Positions 9,308 to 18,709 of a stretch of DNA of 64,000 bases are shown piece after piece; position 1 is the first letter of the stretch; each line of letters opens with the position of its first letter. The DNA is from an uncultured Isosphaeraceae bacterium (lineage in GTDB: Bacteria; Planctomycetota; Planctomycetia; Isosphaerales; Isosphaeraceae): NCBI GenBank assembly GCA_963781785.1, contig CAWAHD010000003.1, forward strand, positions 632,093-696,092, read 5' to 3'. The notes beneath the pieces are model-generated. The model did not search any database, was not told where the DNA came from, and was given only the letters and a program-made list of their open reading frames with translations. The translations under genes were made by a program, and so were the position numbers.

Positions 9308-9402
9308 CACTGCATCCTTTGTCCCCCGCTCCCGCTCGGGATCAACTCATGTACGACTCCACTGCATGAACACGGAAACTTAACAACGAGGAACATCCGG
9401 CA

Positions 9403-11183
9403 ATGGCGACATCGCAACGCCGCTTAGATGCGAATCGACGCAACTGCCTCAAGTCGACCGGGGCCAGGACAGTGAACGGCCGTTCCGTATCACGTCTCAA
9501 CGGCCTGAAACATGGCCTGACGGCCAAGACCGTGGTGATTCCCAGCGAGGATCCCGCGGAGTATCACCAGCTCCTGGCGGACGTTTCCGGTACGCTTGTG
9601 CCGAGAAACCGGATTGAAACGATTTTGACGGCTCAAATCGCGCACGCATCGTGGATGCACGACCGCGTCGTGCGTGCCCAAACCGCGCGGCTCACGTCGG
9701 CGATCGAAGGGGCCGCTGATGTTGCACTCGAGGAGGTCTACAACCTGGGCGCCCGGCTGTTCCACGATCGAAGAGTTCCCACCGCGATCTCGGGCGCGAT
9801 CCCCTGGAATCATGTCGGGCCGCGGACCTCCCACTCGGGAGCCGCGATTGACCCGGACGATCCCGCGCGGATCGTGCGGAAGCTCTCCACCACCGTTCAC
9901 GGCTGCGATTGGATGCTGAAAGAGTGGTCGGCTCTGAGGGCGCTCCTTGAGCAAGGAGGGGCCTGGCAGGGCAACCATAAATTCATGGCAGTGAGACTAC
10001 TGGGTCACCAGCCCATCGACTGTTGGAAATCCAGGGAGATTTCGACCCTCTACGTCGCGGCCTGGTCGCTCAATTCCTTGCGCGGCAACGCGTACTCCGA
10101 GATCCGTAGCGACCTGGGGGCGACCGAGTACAAGCACTACACGCGGCGGGTGCGGGGCACATGGACAGATATGATCAATGCGATGGACCACGAGAACGCG
10201 CGGCGAGTGCTCATCGGGATCGTCGATCGGGCGATCGAACGAGTGCAGGCGCACCGCGCTTTAGCCCAGGAGCGGGCCGCGCGCGACGAGGCACGCCGGG
10301 CCGACTGTCTGTCGTTCGACGACAGCCACGAGGGAGAGCTCCAGAGGCGGTACGAAACGAGCAATCATCGTAAGTTCACCCGGTCCATCAATGAATTCTT
10401 TAAGTTTCGCCGCGCCGCCGAGGAAAATGGGTGCGAGGAGTTCCTGGAAGCCGGCGAGATTGGCGATCAAGGCGACACGTCAGCCGCTCCAGAGGTCTGC
10501 GATCCGGAGCCTGACAATTGCCACAATCCCACCCTACCGCAAACTGCGGATTTACAACCCACGGCGGACGACTCGAACAATCCGCAAACGGATGACGATC
10601 GACCGGCAACGGACAACCCCTCCAGTTCCATCGATCCGCAAAGTGAGAACCGAGAATCGGCGACGGACAACATCTCAATCGCTCCTCGATTTTTGCGAAC
10701 CGAAGCCAATGAGCCTCACCAAGCCGCACCAGACACCCCCGACCAATGCGCAGTCGATATCAAACCACACGATCGCGGCGCGGTCGATTGCGAAATCGAA
10801 CGGAATGACACGAACACGGCTGGAACTGAAAAGGACCCGCGCCGACGGGTTTCATCCGCCACAAAGCTACTCGTCTCCCTGATCTTGGTGTTCGCCGCGG
10901 CTCTCTGGGCGGCCGTCGCTGGCCGCGCGGCTGCCAGCCATGAACGCGTTGCTCTCGAGTCACGCGATGGCCCGGCCATCCCACGCCGGGCGAAGCCCGC
11001 GCGCGTCGCTGCCGATGAGCCACAACACCCAGCCGCAGCTCAGGTTCAGGAGCATGAAGCAAAAAGGAACAGCACACCCGGAACGGCGGAATCCAGAAAA
11101 TTCTCATGCGGGTTAGAGGCAGACCGTGCAGTAGTGATAATGAGGGGCACGGTTGTGGCCGGCGGTCTTTGGGGGCTTGATTC
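9403..11183 (+). CDS. hypothetical protein: ~350-aa N-terminal domain of unknown function, an acidic Asp/Pro/Thr-rich disordered linker (aa ~380-470), one TM helix (LLVSLILVFAAALWAAVAG); 3' end uncertain because the ORF frame runs into the sigma-B gene
   Basis: ATG 9403 with an AGGA RBS; composition and hydrophobicity; no recognised domain. Confidence 0.45.
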
Positions 11184-11789
11184 ATGGCGAGCGGACAGCA
11201 AGGGGCATTTCTCCGAGAAATCCACCAGTTGTTCGGCGCGGGCACCGTCGTCGGGCTTGGCGACGAGGACCTGGTCGGCCAATTCGCCGCGCGGCGGGAC
11301 GAGGCTGCATTCGCGGCACTGGTCACGCGTCACGGGCCGATGGTGTTGAGCGTCTGTCGCCGGCGGCTGCGCGACCCGCGCGATGCGGAGGATGCCTTCC
11401 AGGCGACCTTCCTGGTCTTGATCCGCAAAGCCGGCTCGATCCAGAAGCCGCATCTGCTGGGGCCCTGGCTGTATGGAGTCGCCGATCGGGTGGCGCGGCG
11501 AGCGCAGAAAATCGCTGCCCGCAGAGTCGAGCGCGACCGGATCGCGGTCAATACGGAGCCAGCCGACGTGGAAGATACTGGGCGGGCCGGTCGATCCGCC
11601 GAGCAGAATGAGTTGCGAGCCGTCCTCGATCAGGAGATCAATCGACTGCCGGAAACGTTGCGGCTACCGGTCGTGCTTTGCCACGTCGAGGGTCTGAGCC
11701 AGCCGGAAGCGGCTGTACGGCTCCGGACAACGCCAGACGGTGTCCGCGGCCGGTTGGCTCGGCGCGCGAAACGCTTCGATCGAGGCTGA
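11184..11789 (+). CDS. ECF-type RNA polymerase sigma factor module of locus B; true protein likely continues in the -1 frame into 11678..14659
   Basis: RHGPMVLSVCRRRLRDPRDAEDAFQATFLVL and LSQPEAAVRLRTTPDGVRGRLAR; paralog of 3887..4597. Confidence 0.85.
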   Translation: MASGQQGAFLREIHQLFGAGTVVGLGDEDLVGQFAARRDEAAFAALVTRHGPMVLSVCRRRLRDPRDAEDAFQATFLVLIRKAGSIQKPHLLGPWLYGVADRVARRAQKIAARRVERDRIAVNTEPADVEDTGRAGRSAEQNELRAVLDQEINRLPETLRLPVVLCHVEGLSQPEAAVRLRTTPDGVRGRLARRAKRFDRG

Positions 11790-14659
11790 CCCGACGCGGA
11801 TTCGCCCTGACCGGCGGAGTCTTGACCCTCGACCTCGCGGCCGATACTGCCTGGTCGGCACCGTCGGCTCGCTTGACCGAGGCGACTCTGGGGATGGGAC
11901 GCGCCGGAGCCGCGCCGCCCTATGCGGTGGCATCCCTTGCGGCAGGAGTCGTTCGAGCCATGTCTTTCTTCAGTTTGAAGGTGATCGCCGGGGTCGGCGC
12001 CGCGCTGGCGGTGGCCATCGCTGCCGCGATCGCGACCGGGATCGGCACAGTGAGAACCAGCGACGGGGCCACGGCCGTGGTGAACCGGTCCGATCAGCCC
12101 ACAGTTAAACCGCAAGACACCTCCCAGCCTGGAAAAGCCGAGCGACCTCCGGCAGTTGCCGCGCTCCCCGGAAACCAGCCGCTCGAGATCACGATCGAAG
12201 CGCGCGACCTCTTTACCGACAAGCCCATCCCGGACGTGCAGCTTATGCTCAACGTGCCGTCAACCACGCTCTCGAACCCGAAAGCGACCACCGACAAGTC
12301 GGGCACCGCCCGTTTCTCTCTTGCCGGCGCGGCGGGTATCAAGTGGATGAAAGCTTTTGCCACCCGCGAGGGTTTCGTTCCTCTTGGCATCATGTGGTCT
12401 TACAACGACCCGGGCTCGGTCGCGCCGCCCGGCCACTGGCTCTTTCAGATGGAAAAAGCAACGACCATCACCGGCCGCGTCCTCGATCAGGACAACAATC
12501 CGCTGGCGGGCGCCACCGTCTTCATCAGTGCGAGCAAGCGCTATCCCAGGTCTGAACAATGGGTTGCCGTCGGGTATGAGCAGGCTTCGACGGACGCGCG
12601 GGGCCGCTGGTCTTACTCGGGCGTACCCGAGCGGCCGGATGCCGTCAGTCTGGCGGCTCATCACCCGCTTTGCCTGTCCGAACTTGCGTCGTTCCAGGAG
12701 AAGGAATTCACGCCTCTTGCCGCACTTCGAGATGGCTCTGCGGTTCTCCGCCTCGAGCGCGGCACGCGCATCGAGGGGACAGTCGTCGGGCCCGATCATC
12801 GGCCGGTGCCCAACGCCGAAATCTTCTACGGAGAAGGGCGGAGGTTCGGCAACTCCGTACCCTCCATGAAAGCCGACGCTCGCGGCCGGTTCACGGTCGG
12901 GATCAAGCCCGGCACGGTGACGAGCCTCACGGCTCAATGTGCCGGATTTGGTCCAGCGGGTCAGGCCATCCGGGTCGGCACGGAAACCCAACAGCTCACT
13001 CTCACGCTTCACCCAGCCCAGAAGATCGGTGGTCGGGTCGTCGATCGCGCCGGCAAGCCGGTCGCCAAAGCAAGCCTCACCGTGGGATGGTCGCCGGTCA
13101 GGCGCGAGACCTCGGGGCGAGGGTCCGAAGCAATCTCGCGCGAGTTGACGACCGACGCGGACGGCCGATTCGCGTGGAACGACGCGCCCGGCGATGGGGT
13201 TCACGCGGAAGTTTATGCCGCTGGCTACTTGGGGCGGGCCGTACGGTTGTCGATCGGGCTCCAGAACGAAATCGTCCTGACAGCCGCAACCAAGATCAAA
13301 GGCACCGTATTCGACAAAGAGACCGGCCAGATCGTCCCGCTGTTCACGCTCACGTACAGCGCCGTCTGGAATCCCGGCGAGGGCCTGATCTCGCAGCGGA
13401 TCTCGGGGATGGACCGGGATGCCCGGAAAGCGCCGGGATCATTCGAGTATACCTTTGACCGCGCGGCGGAACAGCTCGTCGTGCGCGTCGAGAGCGACAA
13501 TCATCTGCCGGCGGAATCGGAGCCGTTTGTGCCCGATGGCTCGACGCGCGAGCTCACATTCCGCCTGACCAGGGCTCGTCCGGTCGCCGGCAGGATCATC
13601 AATGCGGAGGAAACTCCCGCGCGTGACGTGATCGTTTACCTGGTTCCCGCCGGAGAGCAGCTTAATATCGAGAATGGCGACGTTCGTGAGTCGTACCGGC
13701 GGGGTTCGATCCAGGGAAAAACCGCGGTGGATGGCGGCTTTTCGCTTCCCCCCCAGCGCAACGACTACCAGCTCGTGGCCTTGAGCGACGCCGGCATTGT
13801 CACGGCTCGTCGTCGCGATCTCCATGGCAATGACTCTCTCCAGCTCCGGCCATGGGCGCGCGTGGCCGGCAGTGTGAAGATCGATGGCAAGCCGGCCGCC
13901 GGCGTCTGGCTGTCCGATAGCCCCGAGGACCTGGAACCGTGGGTCGAGGGCGCGCCCCGCGTAAATCACCGGCTCTACCAGGAGACGGACTCAGCCGGAC
14001 GATTCGAGTTCACCCGGGTCATGCCTGGGCGCCACTCGCTGGGCCACTCCGTGCCGAACGGGGCTCCCAATCGTCGGTGGTTCATCAGGATGGCCACATT
14101 CGACGCCGAGAGCGGCCAGACGATCAACCTGAATATCGGCAGCGGCGGGCGCTCCGTGACCGGACGGCTCGTGCTGCCGACATCGACCGGGTGGATGGTC
14201 AGGCGAGCCTCGATCGAGCCGAGCGGCGCGGGGGACCCGTTAAGAGTGCGCGGTGTGCAGGTGTTCGAAGACGGCCGTTTCCGCGCTGAGGATCTGGAGC
14301 CTGGCGAATACAGGCTATTGATCAAGATCCACGAGCCGCCGCCGGCAGACGAATGTGGCTGGGGCCGGCTGATCGCTGGGTTTTCCCACATGTTCAAGGT
14401 CCCTGGCGTCGTGAAGGGAGGTCTCTTCGACCTTGGCAGCCTGGAACCGGTCGAGATCGGAGGCCAGCCCTTGAAGATCGGCGACGACGCCCCGTCTTTC
14501 ACGGTGAAAACACTGGACGGCAGGGACCTCAGTCTGGCCGAGCTCAAGGGTAAGCTGGTCCTGCTCGACTTCTGGGCGACCTGGTGCGCCCCTGCGTCGC
14601 CGAGCTGTCAAACCTCAAGGCCGTCCACGAGGCGCTGGGCACGACCCCCCAGTTCGTGA
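11678..14659 (+). CDS. Extracytoplasmic extension of locus-B ECF sigma: linker (ARETLRSRLTRRGFALTGGVLTL), TM helix (FFSLKVIAGVGAALAVAIAAAIATGIG), ~8 CarboxypepD_reg-like Ig repeats, start of C-terminal TlpA-like thioredoxin domain (LVLLDFWATWCAP)
   Basis: Repeat motifs ITGRVLDQDNNPLAGATVFI, IGGRVVDRAGKPVAKASLTV and similar; thioredoxin WCxPC motif interrupted by a frameshift at ~14590. Confidence 0.75.
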   Translation: MPRRGSEPAGSGCTAPDNARRCPRPVGSARETLRSRLTRRGFALTGGVLTLDLAADTAWSAPSARLTEATLGMGRAGAAPPYAVASLAAGVVRAMSFFSLKVIAGVGAALAVAIAAAIATGIGTVRTSDGATAVVNRSDQPTVKPQDTSQPGKAERPPAVAALPGNQPLEITIEARDLFTDKPIPDVQLMLNVPSTTLSNPKATTDKSGTARFSLAGAAGIKWMKAFATREGFVPLGIMWSYNDPGSVAPPGHWLFQMEKATTITGRVLDQDNNPLAGATVFISASKRYPRSEQWVAVGYEQASTDARGRWSYSGVPERPDAVSLAAHHPLCLSELASFQEKEFTPLAALRDGSAVLRLERGTRIEGTVVGPDHRPVPNAEIFYGEGRRFGNSVPSMKADARGRFTVGIKPGTVTSLTAQCAGFGPAGQAIRVGTETQQLTLTLHPAQKIGGRVVDRAGKPVAKASLTVGWSPVRRETSGRGSEAISRELTTDADGRFAWNDAPGDGVHAEVYAAGYLGRAVRLSIGLQNEIVLTAATKIKGTVFDKETGQIVPLFTLTYSAVWNPGEGLISQRISGMDRDARKAPGSFEYTFDRAAEQLVVRVESDNHLPAESEPFVPDGSTRELTFRLTRARPVAGRIINAEETPARDVIVYLVPAGEQLNIENGDVRESYRRGSIQGKTAVDGGFSLPPQRNDYQLVALSDAGIVTARRRDLHGNDSLQLRPWARVAGSVKIDGKPAAGVWLSDSPEDLEPWVEGAPRVNHRLYQETDSAGRFEFTRVMPGRHSLGHSVPNGAPNRRWFIRMATFDAESGQTINLNIGSGGRSVTGRLVLPTSTGWMVRRASIEPSGAGDPLRVRGVQVFEDGRFRAEDLEPGEYRLLIKIHEPPPADECGWGRLIAGFSHMFKVPGVVKGGLFDLGSLEPVEIGGQPLKIGDDAPSFTVKTLDGRDLSLAELKGKLVLLDFWATWCAPASPSCQTSRPSTRRWARPPSS

Positions 14660-14922
14660 TGGTTGCCTTGAGCGTCGATGAGAAGCCGGACGACGTTCGA
14701 AGGTTCGTGAAGGCCGAGAAGCTCGCGTGGCTGCAAGGCTATCTCGGCCCGGACTCGCCCGTGGCGGCCGCTTACGGCGCCACCGCCATCCCGGCGACCT
14801 TCTTGATCGGTCCCGACGGTCGCGTCCTCGCCCGTGATCTCAAGGGTGAACAGACGCGAAGGGCGATCGAGAAGGCACTCGGGCCGTTGAAACCGTCCCC
14901 TGCCGGCTCGCCGCGGAAATGA
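14584..14922 (+). CDS. Remainder of the TlpA/ResA-like thioredoxin domain (C-terminal piece of the locus-B protein after a 1-nt frameshift inside the CxxC codons)
   Basis: CVAELSNLKAVHEALG...AIPATFLIGPDGRVLARDL is the classic redoxin/TlpA fold continuation; correcting one C in the C4 run restores WCAPCVAEL. Confidence 0.7.
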   Translation: MRPCVAELSNLKAVHEALGTTPQFVMVALSVDEKPDDVRRFVKAEKLAWLQGYLGPDSPVAAAYGATAIPATFLIGPDGRVLARDLKGEQTRRAIEKALGPLKPSPAGSPRK

Positions 14923-14992
14923 TCCAGGCTCCGGCAATCTGGACATGTTCGTCTGAACACATCGCATTCGGCTGAACGGGTGATCTCCGCTC

Positions 14993-15021
14993 TTGCGGAA
15001 TGGCGATGCACCGACTATATT
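14993..15021 (+). promoter_or_regulatory. sigma-70-like promoter candidate TTGCGG-N17-TATATT upstream of rpmJ
   Basis: Hexamer match and 17-nt spacing read from sequence, ~100 nt upstream of rpmJ. Confidence 0.3.
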
Positions 15022-15122
15022 GGTTAATTCGGCCGGGGCCGTGACGATATTGTTTTCGGGATCATGCTGACTTTTCGGCTGTTAAATTGGAGCCGAGAGC
15101 CGAGCGAAGTGATTGAATCATC

Positions 15123-15236
15123 ATGAAAGTGCGATCGAGCGTGAAGCGGATTTGCGAGAACTGCAAGATTGTGCGCCGCCAGGGAAAGGTGTATGTGATC
15201 TGCACCAATCCGCGTCACAAGCAACGGCAGGGATAG
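15123..15236 (+). CDS. rpmJ: 50S ribosomal protein L36
   Basis: [37 protein letters not shown], 37 aa. Confidence 0.9.
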   Translation: MKVRSSVKRICENCKIVRRQGKVYVICTNPRHKQRQG

Positions 15237-15314
15237 ATAAAAAAGGCCGATGCCGGTCCATCGTGCCCGGTCAAGCTCGATCGGTTGAGAAGAAAACCCT
15301 CGGAGACAGGACGG

Positions 15315-15696
15315 ATGCCGCGCATTCTCGGTGTCGATATTCCTAACGATAAGCACACGCTGATCTCGCTCCAGTACATCTACGGCGTCGGCGCGCATCT
15401 GGCGGGCGAGCTGTGCCAGCGCACGGGGATCGACCCGAACCGGCGCGCGGGACCTGTCGGATGACGACCTGGCCAAGCTGGCCTCGCTGTTGGACAACGA
15501 ATACACGGTCGAGGGCCAGCTTCGCCGCCAGGTGCAACAGAGCATCGCCCGGCTGCGCGACATCGGCTGTTACCGTGGCCTGCGGCACCGCAAGGGGCTG
15601 CCGGTTCGCGGCCAGCGCACGCGCACCAACGCCCGGACTCGGAAGGGACCGCGGAAGACGGTCGCCGGCAAGAAGGGCGTCAAGGAGCTGCGGTAA
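15315..15696 (+). CDS. rpsM: 30S ribosomal protein S13, disrupted by a +1 frameshift near 15445 (extra base in the GGG run)
   Basis: [45 protein letters not shown] then, in the +1 frame, [27 protein letters not shown]...[28 protein letters not shown]. Confidence 0.85.
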
Positions 15697-15735
15697 GAAA
15701 ATCGATTGATTCAGAAGACCAGGAGACGCGCAACC

Positions 15736-16116
15736 GTGGCGAAGGCCAAGAAGCGGAAGACACGACGCAACGTCAGCCGGGCGGTCGTGCACATCAAGGC
15801 GACGTTCAACAACACGACGGTCACGATCACCGACCCCAACGGAGACGCGCTCTGCTGGGCCTCGTCCGGCACCGTCGGGTTCAAGGGAAGCCGCAAGAGC
15901 ACGCCGTTCGCCGCCCAGCGCGCCGCCGAGACGTGTGCGGCCACGGCCACAAAGTACGGCGTCAAGGAGGTCGAAGTCAAAGTCAAGGGCCCCGGGTCGG
16001 GCCGGGAAAGCGCCATCACAGCCATCCAGGCCTCGGGCCTGTTGATCAAAGCCATCGAAGACGTCACGCCGTTGCCTCACAACGGCTGCCGCCCTCCCAA
16101 GAAGCGCCGGGTCTAG
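15736..16116 (+). CDS. rpsK: 30S ribosomal protein S11 (GTG start with an AGGAGA RBS; ORF could start at 15706)
   Basis: [45 protein letters not shown]. Confidence 0.9.
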   Translation: MAKAKKRKTRRNVSRAVVHIKATFNNTTVTITDPNGDALCWASSGTVGFKGSRKSTPFAAQRAAETCAATATKYGVKEVEVKVKGPGSGRESAITAIQASGLLIKAIEDVTPLPHNGCRPPKKRRV

Positions 16117-16389
16117 CGTGACACGACTAGCTCAGGCTCGAGTCGTGATCGGTCGCCGGCTAGCGGGCGAGCGGCACGTCCGCCTGCCTCAGAGAATCCA
16201 AGAGCGGCCTTGGCCGGGCAAGACGCACCCGGCCAGGCTAAGGCTTGAGACGAATCGACGCGAACAGTGCCATTGAATGGAAAAAAAGCCAGGGAGCCCC
16301 ACCCCAAGGGGGAGCGGTTCCCTGAGGGCGACCACGAACGACAACTTTTTTCACGACTCTAATTTCGACCGAGGGGCCGTTATTCCGCC

Positions 16390-17020
16390 ATGGGACGTCA
16401 TACTGGACCGGTTTGTCGACTTTGCCGCCGCGAAGGGGCCAAGCTTTTCCTGAAGGGAACGCGGTGCGACACGCCCAAGTGCGCCATTGACCATCGCGAC
16501 GGCATGCCCGGCATGCATCAATTCCGCCGCGGCAAGCCCAGTGAATACGCGATCCGGCTGCGCGAGAAACAAAAAGTGAAGCGGTACTACGGAGTTTATC
16601 GAGCGCCAGTTCCGCAAGTACTACGAAGAGGCCACTCGCCGGCCGGGCAACACGGGCGATGCCCTGATGTCGCTTCTGGAGCGGCGGCTCGACAATGTGG
16701 TCACCCGGCTCGGGTTCGCTTCGAGTCGCCCCCAGGCCCGGCAGATGATCACCCACGGGCATATCACGGTCAACGGGCGGAAGCTCGATATCCCCAGCTA
16801 CCTGGTCCGCCCGGGCGACCAGATCCAGATCAAGAACCGCGAACATTCGCGCAAGATGGCCACCGAAAACCTGGCCACCGGCATCAGCCCTCCGGTTCCG
16901 GAGTGGCTGGACCGCATGAGTACCGACCCGCCGGAGGGGCGCGTCAGCCGGTTGCCGTCGGCGCAGGACGTCGGCCTGCCCGTGACACCCCAGTTGATCA
17001 TCGAGTTGTTGAGCCGCTGA
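16390..17020 (+). CDS. rpsD: 30S ribosomal protein S4, disrupted by a 1-nt insertion near 16596 (TTT run)
   Basis: N-terminus [36 protein letters not shown]...KVKRYYGV, then in the +1 frame [61 protein letters not shown]. Confidence 0.85.
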
Positions 17021-17064
17021 CAAGCCCACGGTCAATTGCTTTCTGGGATGGGGAGACGATCACA

Positions 17065-18066
17065 ATGCGAATCCGTTGGCGTGGCCTTGAACTACCCAGC
17101 CGGGTCATTTGCAACCGCGAAACCCTGACCGACACCTTCGGCGAGTTCCACGTCGAGCCATTCGAACGCGGCTTTGGCCATACCGTCGGCAACAGCCTGC
17201 GGCGAATTCTGCTGTCGAGCCTCGAGGGCAGCGCGATCACCAAGATCAAGATCCTGGGGGTCCAGCACGAGTTCTCGTCGATTCCCGGCATGGTCGACGA
17301 CATCACCGACCTGGTGCTGAACGTCAAGCTGCTGGTGGTCAAGAACCACTCCGAGAGCTCGCGCACGATCCGGATCGACCGCGACCGCCGAGGCGTCGTC
17401 ACCGCCGCCGACATCCTGCACGACGAGTCCGTCGAGATCATCAATCCCGATCACATCCTCTGCACCCTGACCGACGATGTGGCGTTCCACCTGGAAATGA
17501 CTGTTGAAAACGGCCGCGCCTACCGCACGGCGGCCGAAGGGCACACCGACGACCTGGAAATCGGCGTGATCCCGGTCGATGCCAGCTTCAGCCCGGTCCA
17601 TCGGGTCGAATACCACGTCGAGAACACCCGCGTCGGCCAGCGCACCAACTACGACAAGCTGATCCTGCGGATCTGGACCACCGGCGTTCTCGGCCCCGAG
17701 ATGGCCTTGGTCGAAGCGGCCAAGATTCTACGCAAGCACCTCAATCCTTTCGTCCAGTACAACGAGCCCGGCCCGGGCCTGCCGTCGGAAGCGCTCGGGG
17801 GCGACGGCTCTCAACATATGCCGATCGACGCCGAGCTGGAACGCAAGCTCGACATGAGCCTGGCCGAGCTCGAGCTGTCCGTCCGCGCCACCAACTGCCT
17901 CGAGAGCGAAGGGATCACGACGGTCCGCCACCTGGTCACCCGCAACGAAGACCAGCTCTTGAACGTCCGCAACTTCGGTGAGACCACACTCAAGGAAGTC
18001 CGGGCCAAGCTGCACGAGATCGGGCTGGATCTCGGCATGAACGTTCCGATGAAGGCCGGCGGGTGA
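17065..18066 (+). CDS. rpoA: DNA-directed RNA polymerase subunit alpha
   Basis: [11 protein letters not shown]...[27 protein letters not shown]; C-terminal domain [21 protein letters not shown]. Confidence 0.9.
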   Translation: MRIRWRGLELPSRVICNRETLTDTFGEFHVEPFERGFGHTVGNSLRRILLSSLEGSAITKIKILGVQHEFSSIPGMVDDITDLVLNVKLLVVKNHSESSRTIRIDRDRRGVVTAADILHDESVEIINPDHILCTLTDDVAFHLEMTVENGRAYRTAAEGHTDDLEIGVIPVDASFSPVHRVEYHVENTRVGQRTNYDKLILRIWTTGVLGPEMALVEAAKILRKHLNPFVQYNEPGPGLPSEALGGDGSQHMPIDAELERKLDMSLAELELSVRATNCLESEGITTVRHLVTRNEDQLLNVRNFGETTLKEVRAKLHEIGLDLGMNVPMKAGG

Positions 18067-18171
18067 CTCAAGCACGGGCTGCACGCCCCAGCCCGGAGCA
18101 CCCGAGAAGGTCGCTCCGGCGCGGCCCTCCGATTCCACCACCAACTTCCACTAACCAGACCGCCCTGAACC

Positions 18172-18591
18172 ATGCGACACCAAAAAGCCGGCCGGAAATT
18201 CAAGCGGTCGCCCTCGCATCGCCGGATGCTCCTGCGCAACCTGGCTACCGCACTGCTGGAGCACGGCAGGATCCAGACAACCCTGGCCAAGGCCAAGGAA
18301 GTCCAGCCATTCACCGAGAAGCTGATCACCCTCGCCAAGGATGGTTGGAATCTCGATCACTTCCGGCGCTGCCTGGCGGTCTTGACCAGCAAGAAGGTTG
18401 CTTACCAGCTCTTCCACGAGATCGGTCCGCGCTACAAGGATCGCTCCGGCGGTTACACGCGGATCTTCAAGCTGGCGAAGGTCCGGCAGGGAGACGCCGC
18501 CCCCATGGCCGTGATCGCGCTATTGGGTGCAAACGAAACCATCAAGGCCCCGGCCAAGCCGGCGGTCGTCGGCTCGACACGCGGCACGTGA
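18172..18591 (+). CDS. rplQ: 50S ribosomal protein L17
   Basis: MRHQKAGRKFKRSPSHRRMLLRNLATALLEHGRIQTTLAKAKE. Confidence 0.9.
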   Translation: MRHQKAGRKFKRSPSHRRMLLRNLATALLEHGRIQTTLAKAKEVQPFTEKLITLAKDGWNLDHFRRCLAVLTSKKVAYQLFHEIGPRYKDRSGGYTRIFKLAKVRQGDAAPMAVIALLGANETIKAPAKPAVVGSTRGT

Positions 18592-18709
18592 CGGCAATCC
18601 ACCGGCCGATAGCCGGAGGCAAATCGGCCTGACGCAGTATTCACAAGCAGGAGGCTTCCGGCCGGCTCGGAGCGGAATTCGGATCCGCGCAAAGCTGGAG
18701 AAGCTCGTG

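Noticed and set aside
11184-11349. 3-prime tail of the 648-aa ORF overlapping sigma-B
   Set aside because: It is read-through in a frame that overlaps a strongly supported sigma gene. The true stop is unknown and was possibly shifted by an indel, so the gene was ended at 11183.
16390-18066. 558-aa ORF as a genuine S4-RpoA fusion protein
   Set aside because: It is an artefact. The rpsD N-terminus runs out of frame after an inserted T and accidentally reads through junk into the in-frame rpoA. rpsD continues in the +1 frame and ends at 17020. rpoA has its own ATG at 17065.
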